The position numbers and the translations under genes were made by a program. Positions 47,414-57,437 of a DNA stretch of 64,000 nucleotides are shown in pieces. The notes below the pieces were generated by a model that saw only the letters and a list, made by a program, of their open reading frames with translations, made no database searches and was not told the DNA's origin. This DNA is from Bacteroidales bacterium (GTDB lineage Bacteria; Bacteroidota; Bacteroidia; Bacteroidales; Marinilabiliaceae). Position 1 is the stretch's first letter, and each line of letters begins with the position of its first letter. The stretch is from assembly GCA_024401355.1 (NCBI GenBank), contig JAKSLF010000006.1, positions 27,096 to 91,095 of the forward strand. Reading direction: 5' to 3'.

Positions 47414-47887
47414 TTAGTCGTGGTGGTATGGCTCGCCCTTTATAATTGTTTGTGCTCTATATAGTTGCTCGGTAAATATCAGTCTTACCATCTGATGTGA
47501 ATATGTCATTTTGGAGAGTGATATTTTGTAATTTGCCTTTTTGTATACGTCTTCTGAAAATCCGTATGGACCTCCTATGACGAATATGAGTCTTTTGGCT
47601 CCCGAGTTGGCTATCTGCTGATAAAATTCCGAAAACCCTCTTGATGTGTACTCTTTCCCTGCTTCGTCCATAATTACCAGTACGTCGCCTCCTGCAATCT
47701 CTTTCAATATCAGTTGTCCTTCCTGGTTTTTCTGTTGCTGTTCGCTGATTGATTTCCCTCGACGTACATCTGGAATAATCTTTATTTCAAAGGGAATATA
47801 CCTTCCTATTCTGTCTGTGTACTTCTTTATTCCATATTCAAGGTATTCCTCGTCTGTTTTCCCTATAGCGATTAGCACTGTTTTCAT
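47414..47887 (-). CDS. rlmH: 23S rRNA (pseudouridine1915-N3)-methyltransferase RlmH
   Basis: 157 aa from MKTVLIAIGKT. The SPOUT fold ends with the typical ...HQMVRLIFTEQLYRA..I..G.PYH. Confidence 0.9.
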   Translation of the reverse strand: MKTVLIAIGKTDEEYLEYGIKKYTDRIGRYIPFEIKIIPDVRRGKSISEQQQKNQEGQLILKEIAGGDVLVIMDEAGKEYTSRGFSEFYQQIANSGAKRLIFVIGGPYGFSEDVYKKANYKISLSKMTYSHQMVRLIFTEQLYRAQTIIKGEPYHHD

Positions 47888-48035
47888 GTCTCTTTTCCTT
47901 TTTTCTTTTTTATACAATACAAAATTACGATTATCCTAAAATTTTTCATGCAAAATGAATAAGTTTGGATAAGTTTTTGCTGTAAAAATGTTGATGAATT
48001 GAAAAAACAAGTACTTTTGTAATATGTTTTGAGCT

Positions 48036-48491
48036 ATGAAGAACTTTACTCATATTATTGGGATTATATGTTTGTTGTTTACGTCATGTCTTGGTGCATT
48101 GGCGCAAACAGATTCCTTATATGTGGCCACATCACACGACACGTCGGATCAATGGCGTTACGCATTGCCTGTTGAAATATACAATTCATTGTCGAAAGGT
48201 GATGCTGTGGCCTTGGCTTCTGCTCTCAATAGTTCCGTTGAATTGGCAATGCCTCAAGGTAGTTCCAATATATATAGTCGAAAACAGGCCGAGGTCGTTT
48301 TGTCTGAGTTTTTGTCAGGCATTAGGAATCCTCAGTTTTCAATTAGTCACGAAAGGTCAATGGGAGCCTCTACTCAGACAATAGGTTCTCTTGTTGGCGA
48401 TGGTTCAAAATATAGGATTTTTATTCTGACTCAGCAGCATGGACAGTCGGTTTTCATTCATCAGTTGCGATTCGAAGTTGCTGATCGCTAA
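48036..48491 (+). CDS. DUF4783-like secreted protein
   Basis: Signal peptide. Its size and its position between rlmH and nadC are typical for this Bacteroidetes family. A TACTTTTG -7 box lies at 48012-48019. Confidence 0.6.
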   Translation: MKNFTHIIGIICLLFTSCLGALAQTDSLYVATSHDTSDQWRYALPVEIYNSLSKGDAVALASALNSSVELAMPQGSSNIYSRKQAEVVLSEFLSGIRNPQFSISHERSMGASTQTIGSLVGDGSKYRIFILTQQHGQSVFIHQLRFEVADR

Positions 48492-48523
48492 TTTTTACGC
48501 TCAAAACATAATTCATTCATAAT

Positions 48524-49375
48524 ATGACAGATTTTAAGGCTTATCTTGATCAGTTCATTGATAGTGCTATTCGCGAAGATGTAGGCGATGGCGATCATTC
48601 TTCTCTTTGCTGTATTCCTGCTGAAGCTATTGACAAGGCTCAGCTCATTATTAAGGAAGATGGAGTATTGGCTGGAGTTGACGTTGCATACGAAGTTTTT
48701 AAGAAGCTGGACCCAGAGGTCGAGTTTGAGAAACTCATCAACGACGGTACTCATGTCAAGAAGGGAGATATTGCTTTCCGAGTAAAGCTTCATACTCGTT
48801 CTTTGCTGTTGGCTGAACGTCTCGTTCTGAACATCATGCAGCACATGAGTGGTATTGCAACTGCAACAAGTGTATACGTTAAGCGTCTCGAAGGAACTCA
48901 CACTCATGTCCTCGACACCCGTAAGACAACACCTGGCATGCGTCTGCTCGACAAGATGGCTGTGAAGATTGGTGGCGGCGTTAATCATCGCATCGGCTTG
49001 TTCGATATGATTATGCTTAAGGACAATCACAACGACTTTGCTGGCGGCATTCCTCAGGCCATACAACGTGCTAAGGACTATTTGAAGGCCAACAACAAAG
49101 ACCTTAAGATTGAAGTCGAAGTACGTAATCTTGATGAATTGGAACAGGTCATGAAGGCAGGTGGTGTATTCCGTATTATGCTTGATAATTTCGACATTCC
49201 AACAACTCGTGAAGCTGTCAAGCGTATCAATGGTCAATATGAAACTGAGTCTTCAGGTGGTATTACTCTCGAAACTCTCCGTGACTATGCTGAGTGTGGT
49301 GTCGACTATATTTCAGTAGGTGCTCTGACACATCATGTCGGCAGCCTCGACATGAGCCTTAAGGCATTCAAGTAA
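48524..49375 (+). CDS. nadC: Nicotinate-nucleotide pyrophosphorylase (carboxylating)
   Basis: The QPRTase pattern is present: EDVGDGDH, DTRKTTPG.R, KDNH and MLDNF. Confidence 0.92.
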   Translation: MTDFKAYLDQFIDSAIREDVGDGDHSSLCCIPAEAIDKAQLIIKEDGVLAGVDVAYEVFKKLDPEVEFEKLINDGTHVKKGDIAFRVKLHTRSLLLAERLVLNIMQHMSGIATATSVYVKRLEGTHTHVLDTRKTTPGMRLLDKMAVKIGGGVNHRIGLFDMIMLKDNHNDFAGGIPQAIQRAKDYLKANNKDLKIEVEVRNLDELEQVMKAGGVFRIMLDNFDIPTTREAVKRINGQYETESSGGITLETLRDYAECGVDYISVGALTHHVGSLDMSLKAFK

Positions 49376-49397
49376 TAGTCGGTTCTTATAAATATTT

Positions 49398-49437
49398 AGA
49401 GAGGTGTTATGGATTGAACCATGACACCTCTCTTTTT
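49398..49437 (+). terminator. Strong rho-independent terminator after nadC
   Basis: A 15-bp stem (49398-49412 / 49419-49433) with one plus-strand U-G wobble, loop ATTGAA, then TTTT. Confidence 0.75.
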
Positions 49438-49461
49438 GTTATTGCTGTATCGACTTTCTCC

Positions 49462-50466
49462 TTATCTGCGGAGGTTCAATGTGTCTCCAGCCTTTATTTC
49501 GCTCTCGTCAGTAAGGTGATTGAACTTTTTGAGCTTTTTCAGTTTGACACCATACTTGTGTGCTATCGACCACAATGTCTCGCCCTGTGCAACCGTGTGT
49601 GTCTTGCAGTCAGGGTGTGCTCTGTTCTTCTTCGAGCGAATGTAGATGTACTTTATCTCTGATATGTTTGCCGACGCATCGAGGTCGTTGTATGCCAGCA
49701 GTTCGCTCACCATCAGATGGAATTCTTTTGCGATGCCTTCAAATGTGTCACCATTTATTGTCGCGATGTATTTGACACCGTTGTTGTACTCTACGTCATG
49801 TTCGTGAAGCGGATTGATGACAAACGAAGCGTCTTTCTTTACTTTCAGTGTGTTGTTTCTTACTGGCAGTTCTTCTTTTGTCTCGTTGTCTGTCTCTGTG
49901 TTGTTGGCTATTTCATTATTTGGTGTCACCTCACTTGGCTGCTCTCCGCCATCAAGTGTGTTCAGTCCCATCTCTTCGATTATTGTGATAATCTTCTGTG
50001 CGTATGATGGGTCTGTTGCATAGCCAGCTGCTTTCAGTCCATTGGCCCAGCCTTTATAGTCTGTGATGTCCAGTTTGAACAGTTTGTCATATCTGCTCTT
50101 CTGCTTGATAAAGTCCGAATGGTCCTTAAACGAGTCGTATGCCGATACGTATTTCCTGAAGCACTCCTGGTTTCTGTCGTCATCATGCAGTATAGTCTCT
50201 CCTGTCCAGTCCGAATGGCACTTTATTCCGAAGTGGTTGTTTCCGTCTGTTGCGAGTTCACTGTTGCCACAGTCTGACTCAAGTATTCCTTGTGCAAGTG
50301 TTATGCTGGCAGGTATGCCTACGCGGTTCATCTCTTCAACGGCCCACTGTTTGTATCTGTCTACATATCCTTGCCTTGTCAGCCTCTGGGCTTCTGTTGC
50401 CAAGGTCGTAGCAACAATTGCTATTATTATTGCGAGTGCTTTTTTCATTGCTGTCTTTTTCGACAA
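49462..50466 (-). CDS. Peptidoglycan hydrolase: GH73 glucosaminidase domain plus two LysM domains
   Basis: Signal peptide, the glucosaminidase motif LAQGILESDCGNSELA...NNHFGIK, and C-terminal LysM repeats (HTVAQGETLWSIAHKYGV...). Confidence 0.85.
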   Translation of the reverse strand: MSKKTAMKKALAIIIAIVATTLATEAQRLTRQGYVDRYKQWAVEEMNRVGIPASITLAQGILESDCGNSELATDGNNHFGIKCHSDWTGETILHDDDRNQECFRKYVSAYDSFKDHSDFIKQKSRYDKLFKLDITDYKGWANGLKAAGYATDPSYAQKIITIIEEMGLNTLDGGEQPSEVTPNNEIANNTETDNETKEELPVRNNTLKVKKDASFVINPLHEHDVEYNNGVKYIATINGDTFEGIAKEFHLMVSELLAYNDLDASANISEIKYIYIRSKKNRAHPDCKTHTVAQGETLWSIAHKYGVKLKKLKKFNHLTDESEIKAGDTLNLRR

Positions 50467-50516
50467 AGTTAATGTTTTTAATTTATTGTACTTCAGTTTT
50501 GTATGCTATTTTTTGC

Positions 50517-51290
50517 CTACCAAATCTTCATTTCTACTATTCCGACTATGTCCGATGTGGCAATCGGTCCATATCTTCGGCTGTCGTTGCAGATGTCTCT
50601 ATTGTCACACATCGCCCAGACGTAGTCTTCTTCAAATGTATATCTCTCCTCTCCGTTGTCTTTTGTCCCTATTATTGGTCTGTAGAGTGTCTTGTTCTTT
50701 TCGTTTAGCTCTATTGTCTCTCCCTTTTTCGGAATCATTATTGGTCCCATGTTGTATGCATTCCAGTGCATGAATCTCTCGTATGGGAATATTCTGCTGT
50801 CAGGCATATTTTTCAGTACTGGCACTCGCAGATATCTTTTCCATTCCGGTTTTATTTTCGTTACTGGCAATGCTATTGTGTCTCCCGTCTCTACCTTCCC
50901 GCATACTCTCTCCATCGCATGTGTTATCTTGAACGATGCGTCTCTCGATACTATGAATGAACTTCTGACGTTGTCCTTCTCCTTTGCCGGCTGGCCGTCC
51001 ACATAGACATATCCTCCTTTTATGCTGACTGTCTCGCCGGCCTTGGCTATTACTCTCAGTAGGATGGTTGTCTCTTCTCCGTTGTCGTCTTTTACCTTGA
51101 CTGCTATTTTCCGTCCTCTGCTGATGTGACCCGACATCGTTTTTCTGACAATGTATGCTCCGCCATCTTCACCTGGCATCGATGCGTTGACAATGTCTAT
51201 AAGAAAAAGTATAAGCAACATTGCCATGAACAATATTATGCTCACGGCTAATGTTGCCCTCTTTAGTTGTTTTTTGATGTCTATTTTCAC
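50517..51290 (-). CDS. Signal peptidase I-like (S26) paralog
   Basis: N-terminal TM anchor and a box-E-like MCDNRDICNDSRRYGPI motif. It lies directly downstream of lepB. Confidence 0.7.
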   Translation of the reverse strand: MKIDIKKQLKRATLAVSIILFMAMLLILFLIDIVNASMPGEDGGAYIVRKTMSGHISRGRKIAVKVKDDNGEETTILLRVIAKAGETVSIKGGYVYVDGQPAKEKDNVRSSFIVSRDASFKITHAMERVCGKVETGDTIALPVTKIKPEWKRYLRVPVLKNMPDSRIFPYERFMHWNAYNMGPIMIPKKGETIELNEKNKTLYRPIIGTKDNGEERYTFEEDYVWAMCDNRDICNDSRRYGPIATSDIVGIVEMKIW

Positions 51291-51303
51291 TCTGCCGCTA
51301 TCT

Positions 51304-52746
51304 CTATTTTATAGGCATGAACATTCTGTCCCATCTGATGCTTCCGAAGAAATCCTTGTCAGGGTCCAGCGAGAGCCATACATATAGTGGCTTGCCGACA
51401 ATGTGGTCCTCTGGCACAAATCCCCAGTATCTCGAGTCGGCCGACTTGTGTCTGTTGTCACCCATCATCCAGTAGTAGTCCATCGCGAATGTATATTCAC
51501 TAGTCTCCTTGCCGTCAACGTAGATCTTTCCGTTCTTGTAGTCGAGCGTGTGACCTTCGTATGATGTGATGATTCTTTCGTATAGCATGATGTTCTTGTC
51601 GTCAAGTGTGACTGTGCTGCCTTTTGTTGGCATCCATATCGGACCATAGTTGTCTCTGCTCCATGGATAGTCCTGGCTGAAAGGGAATACACTCAATCCT
51701 GTCGAGTCTCTCTCTTCCTCGTCAATCACTATGCTTGCTATTGTCGGCATGTTCTTCACTTTCTCAGCCTTCTCCTTTGTCAGTGGAAGGAAATAGTCCG
51801 GACCAACACCACCCACTTGTCTGTCTTCATTCGAAATGCCAAGCTGCTCAAAGAATCTGTCGTTCAATATCACGCCCGATGTCTTGATGTAGTAGTTGTG
51901 CTGTACTCCTGGTTCGTCCTCCAACACTTCACCATTGATATATACCACGTTGTGTCTTATCTCAACTGTGTCACCAGGCAAACCTATACACCTCTTCACG
52001 TAGCATTCTCTCTTGTCAACAGGTCGCCATGTGATTCCGCCAAGTGCATCCTTCGCTGCCCATACTCTCTTTCTACCCAAGTCCGACAAGAAGTGGTTCC
52101 TTTCCCACGAGTTGTGGAATGTCAGTCCTTTTATCAGCTCACGGCTCTTTCTTACTTCGTTTGCTCCTTCTGTCAGCAGTATCTGGTAGTAGTCCGGATT
52201 CTGCATGTTTATGCAGACCGTGTCACCACATGGGAAGTTGAATACGACGATGTCTTTTCTTTCCACTTTTTCAAGTCCTGCCAATCTGTGGTAGCCCCAC
52301 AATGGCCACTCAAGATATGACTTTATATTCGAAAATGGAAGCGAGTTCTGCGTCATTGGCATGTATATTGGCGCATTCGGCATCCTCGGACCATAGTTCA
52401 CTTTGCTCACCATGAGGTGGTCGCCTACCAGCAAACTCTTCTCGAGCGAACTGGTTGGTATCTTGTACATCTGCAACAGAAACAACTGTATCAGATATAC
52501 CCAGAACAAAGCAAAGATTATTGTGTCCAGAAGTTCCCACAGACCACCTCTGCGCTTCCCGTCCTTGTCCTTTTTCAGTATGTCCCATGGCAGTATGTTC
52601 GTGATGTAGCAGTCTACCACCAACGGCGTCAGCAGTAGCAGCCACCAGTTGCCTGTCCATAATACAACCAGTAGGAACAGCACAACCATTATGCCGCCCG
52701 TTATCCACCTCTTGAGGCTTATGTCGCTAAAGTCTATTTTCTTCAT
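51304..52746 (-). CDS. lepB: Signal peptidase I
   Basis: S26 boxes are present: IPTSSLEKSLLVGDHLMVSK, KRCIGLPGD and GDNRHKSADSRYWGFVPE. Confidence 0.88.
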   Translation of the reverse strand: MKKIDFSDISLKRWITGGIMVVLFLLVVLWTGNWWLLLLTPLVVDCYITNILPWDILKKDKDGKRRGGLWELLDTIIFALFWVYLIQLFLLQMYKIPTSSLEKSLLVGDHLMVSKVNYGPRMPNAPIYMPMTQNSLPFSNIKSYLEWPLWGYHRLAGLEKVERKDIVVFNFPCGDTVCINMQNPDYYQILLTEGANEVRKSRELIKGLTFHNSWERNHFLSDLGRKRVWAAKDALGGITWRPVDKRECYVKRCIGLPGDTVEIRHNVVYINGEVLEDEPGVQHNYYIKTSGVILNDRFFEQLGISNEDRQVGGVGPDYFLPLTKEKAEKVKNMPTIASIVIDEEERDSTGLSVFPFSQDYPWSRDNYGPIWMPTKGSTVTLDDKNIMLYERIITSYEGHTLDYKNGKIYVDGKETSEYTFAMDYYWMMGDNRHKSADSRYWGFVPEDHIVGKPLYVWLSLDPDKDFFGSIRWDRMFMPIK

Positions 52747-52752
52747 GTTTTA

Positions 52753-53469
52753 TCAGAATCCAAGCATGTCTTTCATTCCGAGCAATCCCTTCTTGCCGTT
52801 GGTATACTCTGCTGCCAATACCACTCCATACGCAAATCCACGTCTCGATCTCGCATTGTGGGTTATCTCGATGAAGTCTACTTCCGAGTCGTATGTTATC
52901 GTGTGTATTCCTGGCACTTCCCTCTGGCGTATTGCTGATATCTGCACCGAATCTTTCTTGTATTCCGGAGCCAGATTCCAACCATTCTTCCTGTCTATGT
53001 TTTCTATGATTCCCTCTGCCAGGCTGATAGCTGTACCACTTGGTGCATCAAGTTTGTGTATGTGGTGAGTCTCGGTCATGTTCACGTCGTAGTTGTCAAA
53101 CTTGTTCATGATCTTCGCCAACTGTCTGTTTATCTCAAAGAAGATATTCACGCCAAGGCTGAAGTTCGATGCATAGAAAAATGTCTGCTTGCCACCCTCG
53201 CACATCTTCTCTATCTCTGGCATCTTGTCGAGCCATCCTGTCGTTCCGCTCACTACCGCCTTGCCCCTTTCAAAGCATTTCATGTAGTTGCCGAATGCTG
53301 CCTGTGGCACGGTGAATTCTATAACGACGTCTGCCGAAGCAAACTCCTTCGAGTCAAACGAACCGCTCTCGTTGATGTCTATCTTGCATACTATCTCATG
53401 TCCACGGCTGAGGGCTATCTCTTCTATCATCTTGCCCATCTTGCCATATCCTACAAGCGCTATCTTCAT
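52753..53469 (-). CDS. dapB: 4-hydroxy-tetrahydrodipicolinate reductase
   Basis: NAD-binding KIALVGYGKMGK and the catalytic ETHHIHKLDAPSGTA motif. Confidence 0.92.
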   Translation of the reverse strand: MKIALVGYGKMGKMIEEIALSRGHEIVCKIDINESGSFDSKEFASADVVIEFTVPQAAFGNYMKCFERGKAVVSGTTGWLDKMPEIEKMCEGGKQTFFYASNFSLGVNIFFEINRQLAKIMNKFDNYDVNMTETHHIHKLDAPSGTAISLAEGIIENIDRKNGWNLAPEYKKDSVQISAIRQREVPGIHTITYDSEVDFIEITHNARSRRGFAYGVVLAAEYTNGKKGLLGMKDMLGF

Positions 53470-53623
53470 AATTATTTCGTTGTTTTTTATGTTGTTCCGT
53501 TGTCTTCTTTTCTATGTTGCAAAGATAATAATTAATGATAATCTTTCCGTAATTTTTTCAATCAACATGTCGTTTTTATCAACAAAACAAAAACACCTCG
53601 CCTCTTTTATAATACAAAATTGA

Positions 53624-53646
53624 CCCGGCATCAACCTGATGCCGGG
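53624..53646 (-). terminator. Hairpin terminator after the DUF805 gene
   Basis: CCCGGCATC / GATGCCGGG forms a 9-bp stem, followed on the minus strand by TCAATTTTGTATTAT. Confidence 0.55.
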
Positions 53647-53674
53647 CCAATCCGTTATCTCTTGTCTCGTTTTT

Positions 53675-53974
53675 TTACTTCGACTTCTGAGCCCACATGA
53701 ACAAAAGTACCAATACTCCGATACCAGTGAGTGAAATCAAAATCCACCATGGACTGAAACCAGCGTCACGAAGGCGACGAATGCTTACGCCAAGGCTAGG
53801 CAGGAACAGCAGAAGGTTGATGATTGAACCGATAGTTCCAAGCACTCCTGTAATCAAACCAATAATCATCGTGATCACGAAAAATGTCCAGAATTCCTTA
53901 CGGCTTGCTACACCAGCAAACTGTACATACTTGTTCAAAAGGGTATCCTTGAAGATTGAAATGTATTCTCCCAT
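53675..53974 (-). CDS. DUF805-family inner-membrane protein
   Basis: 99 aa with the characteristic GRASRKEFW-like motif (GVASRKEFW), RRLRD and three TM helices. Confidence 0.8.
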   Translation of the reverse strand: MGEYISIFKDTLLNKYVQFAGVASRKEFWTFFVITMIIGLITGVLGTIGSIINLLLFLPSLGVSIRRLRDAGFSPWWILISLTGIGVLVLLFMWAQKSK

Positions 53975-54028
53975 AATGTTTGTTGTTTGTTAGTTAAACG
54001 TTATTCAATAGTGCAAATATAAAATAAA

Positions 54029-54056
54029 ATCCCCAACGACGTATGCCGTTGAGGAT
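54029..54056 (-). terminator. Hairpin terminator after rplY
   Basis: A 10-bp stem (54029-54038 / 54047-54056). Its single non-Watson-Crick pair is G-U on the minus strand. A/T-rich runs lie on both sides. Confidence 0.6.
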
Positions 54057-54081
54057 TTTTTTTCTATGTTTTTTTACACTA

Positions 54082-54657
54082 TTACTTGCCTGCAGCATCA
54101 GCAGCCGACTTAGCAGCACGTGTCATCTTAACTGCTACTACAACTGCGTTCTTTGCATTCAAGATCTCAAGACCCTCAAACTTCAAGTCCTGTACCTTGA
54201 ATACCTTGCCAAGACCAAGGCTAGTGATGTCAATCTTCAATACGTCTGGAAGATCCTTTGTCATACCCTTTACAACCAACTTACGCATCTCAACCTGGAG
54301 CTTACCACCGGCCTTGACACCCTCGCTGTTACCCTCAATCTTGATTGGGAGAGCGATTGTAACTGGCTTGTCGTCAGAAATCTCAAGGAAGTCTACATGA
54401 AGCAACTTGTCTGATACTGGGTGGAACTGGAGATCCTTCAAGATTGCCTTGCGAACCTGACCCTCGATATCTACGTTTACAATGTAGATGTTTGGAGTGT
54501 AGATCAAGTTGCGGAACTGCTCCTCTTCTACTGAGAATGCAATCTCTTCACCCTTTCCATAAATGATACATGGTACCAAACCCTGGCTACGAAGCACCTT
54601 TGCTGCCTTCTTGCCACCTGCGACTCTCTTAGAGCCCTTAATGTCAAATGTCTGCAT
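54082..54657 (-). CDS. rplY: 50S ribosomal protein L25 (Ctc form)
   Basis: The N-terminus R...GK..A..LR..G.VP...YG matches the L25/Ctc family, and the length is 191 aa. Confidence 0.92.
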   Translation of the reverse strand: MQTFDIKGSKRVAGGKKAAKVLRSQGLVPCIIYGKGEEIAFSVEEEQFRNLIYTPNIYIVNVDIEGQVRKAILKDLQFHPVSDKLLHVDFLEISDDKPVTIALPIKIEGNSEGVKAGGKLQVEMRKLVVKGMTKDLPDVLKIDITSLGLGKVFKVQDLKFEGLEILNAKNAVVVAVKMTRAAKSAADAAGK

Positions 54658-54774
54658 TTGAATTTTTAATTTTTTAATGTGTTACTCAAAATTAAGTGTT
54701 TTTTGGGCAATCTTAATTTCCCATCACACGATTTCTCGCAGCATTCTCACGAATGCGACTGCAAAATTACAATT

Positions 54775-55719
54775 TTATTTTCTGAAAACAAAATGTTTTG
54801 CGATTGTTTCATTGTTGTATACACAAGCAAGAGTCTCGGCAAACATGTCGGCTACCGACAATACCTTTATCTTCTTGCTCTCCTTCTTCAATGGAATCGA
54901 GTCTGTCAATATCACTTCCGTAATCTTCGAATTCTCGATGTTGTCGTATGCCGGACCCGACAATACACCATGCGAAGCAAATGCTCTAACCGACAACGCA
55001 CCCTCTTCCATCATCTTGTCTGCTGCTGCAGTGAGGGTTCCTGCTGTGTCTATCATGTCATCCATCAATATGACATTCTTGCCCTTCACATCACCTATCA
55101 CTCTCAACTCGCCAACCACGTTCGGACGTGGACGATACTTGTGGCATATTACCATCGGTACACCAAAATGCTTCGAGTAGCTGTGAGCTCTCTTCGAACC
55201 ACCTGCGTCTGGCGATGCTATAACCATGTTCTCAAGATTCAAACTCTGAATGTATGGAGCATATATTGTCGATGAATACAAATGGTCTACTGGAATGTTG
55301 AAGAATCCCTGTATCTGGTCCGCATGAAGGTCCATTGTTATCACACGATCCACACCCGCTGCTGTCAACAGGTCTGCAACAAGTTTCGCACCAATTGCCA
55401 CACGTGGCTGGTCCTTGCGGTCCTGACGTGCATAACCGAAATATGGCATTACCGCGATAATCTTCGCTGCCGAAGCTCGCTTCGCTGCATCTATCATCAT
55501 CAGCAACTCAAAAAGATTGTCTGCTGGTGGAAATGTGCTCTGAATCAAGAATACGTGTGAACCACGTATCGTTTCATCGAATTTTACAGTGTACTCTCCA
55601 TCGCTGAAGTCTATCTTGTGAACTTGTCCCAGCTCCTGTCCAAACGACTGAGCTATTTTTTCTGCAAGGTAACGGCTGTTTGTACCCGAGAAAATCTTGA
55701 TGAATGACTGCGGTTGCAT
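54775..55719 (-). CDS. prs: Ribose-phosphate pyrophosphokinase
   Basis: MPYFGYARQDRK and the PRPP-binding loop VILMDDMIDTAGT. Confidence 0.93.
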   Translation of the reverse strand: MQPQSFIKIFSGTNSRYLAEKIAQSFGQELGQVHKIDFSDGEYTVKFDETIRGSHVFLIQSTFPPADNLFELLMMIDAAKRASAAKIIAVMPYFGYARQDRKDQPRVAIGAKLVADLLTAAGVDRVITMDLHADQIQGFFNIPVDHLYSSTIYAPYIQSLNLENMVIASPDAGGSKRAHSYSKHFGVPMVICHKYRPRPNVVGELRVIGDVKGKNVILMDDMIDTAGTLTAAADKMMEEGALSVRAFASHGVLSGPAYDNIENSKITEVILTDSIPLKKESKKIKVLSVADMFAETLACVYNNETIAKHFVFRK

Positions 55720-55844
55720 TGCTCGATGCTAATGTTTATAAGGTTTTGTTTGTTTGTTCCTTTTTCTTTCGGCAAAGGTAGCAAATATTGTATTCATTAA
55801 ATCCTAATGCCTCAATAATTAGTGTTAAAATATGACAATTTCAA

Positions 55845-56855
55845 CTATGGTCTGTATTTGGCTTCCGTCAACAACGTCTGAGCATCGCCCATCTCCATCA
55901 GCTCTTCCAGCGTCGTCCCCTCATGGCTCTCCATGTAGCTCTCCACTATCCTCAATCCACACCACAACGCAGCTCTTCCTGGCGACTTGTCACCAAAGAA
56001 TACCGTGAACGGTGTCTCGTTCGTCAGCTTGTTCTTGTCCAGCGGATTCGTGCTATACAGCAATTTCTGCTCTGCCATGTATCCCCACATCTGCTTCTCG
56101 GCTTTCTTGCACCATTCCAGCTCATCCTCCGTCATTCCCATTATCCTCCACATCTTCTCGTCTGGCAGACACATCGACGCTACATACAACACTTTGCCCT
56201 GATATATCATCGCCGACAACACATCGTCTTTTTCACTCATGTCCGGATAGTTCGCATATATCAACGCCTTCGTGATGTCCATCGCCATATTCTCCGGATT
56301 CTTTCCCTTCCTCGCATACATCGGTATCTCCAGCCATGGATAATACCTGCACTCGCTTCCCAGATAATGCTCTATACTTATTGATATATATGCCGAGTCA
56401 ACAAATATCTTGTTGTTGAATGCCGAAAAATGACAATATGCTCTCTCAGGTATTATCGCTCCCTTCAGGTAATGCTTCATGTAGCTCAGAGCCTCACTCA
56501 GTTTCTCTCCCTCTTTTGCAGCATACTTCGCATACACACTATCGCATGTCGCTATCACTTCCTTGTTCTCGGCGTATGTCATGAATCTCTCCAGCTCATT
56601 CTCAAATCCCTCTTCACCTGGCACGCCAATCCTGATCTCTTTCGAGCAGTATGTCTCGAAATATTCACCATACTTCTCCTCAAGTCTCTTCGCCTTTTCT
56701 CCATAACTGCCATCCTTGTCTGCAAACATTTCCTGGTAGAATGGTTCAATGCTTATCTCCACTCTCGTGTCACTCGTGTCCACGTGTGGTCTGTGCTCTC
56801 CGCATGCTGTCATCGCCAGCATCGATACTATTATATATATAAGTCTTCTTTTCAT
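55845..56855 (-). CDS. Lipoprotein, GldB/DUF2268-like
   Basis: The start chosen is MKRRLIYIIVSMLAMTACG (lipobox). Overall similarity to the GldB family rests on my recollection only. The listed ORF extends to 56945. Confidence 0.55.
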   Translation of the reverse strand: MKRRLIYIIVSMLAMTACGEHRPHVDTSDTRVEISIEPFYQEMFADKDGSYGEKAKRLEEKYGEYFETYCSKEIRIGVPGEEGFENELERFMTYAENKEVIATCDSVYAKYAAKEGEKLSEALSYMKHYLKGAIIPERAYCHFSAFNNKIFVDSAYISISIEHYLGSECRYYPWLEIPMYARKGKNPENMAMDITKALIYANYPDMSEKDDVLSAMIYQGKVLYVASMCLPDEKMWRIMGMTEDELEWCKKAEKQMWGYMAEQKLLYSTNPLDKNKLTNETPFTVFFGDKSPGRAALWCGLRIVESYMESHEGTTLEELMEMGDAQTLLTEAKYRP

Positions 56856-56943
56856 TCCCGTTCTCTTTTTTTTGTTAGTCGTTTCACGCAGCTCTTTTCC
56901 ATGTCCCAGAATCCTCTTCCTCCAAGTCTTGAAGTAGGTATAC

Positions 56944-56973
56944 AAAAAAAGGGTCTGAAATCACTTCAGTCCC
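56944..56973 (-). terminator. Orphan minus-strand rho-independent terminator
   Basis: The minus strand reads GGGACTGAA-GTGAT-TTCAGACCC-TTTTTTT (9-bp stem with one A-A mismatch, then U7). No annotated minus-strand gene ends here. Confidence 0.4.
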
Positions 56974-57333
56974 TTTCCCTTGGACTCCTGTAGTCTTTAC
57001 TACCGAGCCCTGTTAACCAAAATTCCAATCTATGAAAAAAATCTACTTTGCAAAAGTACTGTCTTTTACGAATATTACCAACTAATTTGTGTTAACTATT
57101 CGTAAAGTTAGTTTACACCGTCGCGGTTTCAACTACTTTCACCTACTATTACGCCCTAAATAATAAAAGGTTACGCCCAAAATGAAAAAAATTGGAATTT
57201 TTTTTCTTGTAACCATTTTTTTTCTCTTCGTACCATCTTTTGCCTTCCTTTCTCCTTATTGTCACGTCTTTATCTCTTTTTTTGTCTTGTCTTTTTTTTC
57301 GTCCTCGAAACACGTACTCTCATCCTTCTTTTT

Positions 57334-57368
57334 CCGTAGGGATACCGTAAGGATACCGTAGGGATACC
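57334..57368. repeat. Tandem 11-bp repeat CCGTARGGATA, 3.2 copies
   Basis: CCGTAGGGATA CCGTAAGGATA CCGTAGGGATA CC lies inside a polypyrimidine-rich intergenic region. Confidence 0.7.
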
Positions 57369-57437
57369 ACTCTTTTTTGCTTCCCACAAAAACCGCCTTC
57401 CATCCTCTGTTTTTTTCGTAATCTGAGCTTTTTTGCT

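Noticed and set aside
43900-49500. A dif (XerC/XerD) site at the skew switch.
   Set aside because: No sequence resembling the ...CATAA-N6-TTATGTTAAAT type core was found by eye in the intergenic regions here. This neither supports nor excludes a terminus, because I do not know the Bacteroidales dif consensus reliably.
50517-52746. Two adjacent signal-peptidase-I genes as a possible novelty.
   Set aside because: A tandem lepB plus a shorter S26 paralog next to dapB is, as far as I know, a common conserved arrangement in Bacteroidetes.
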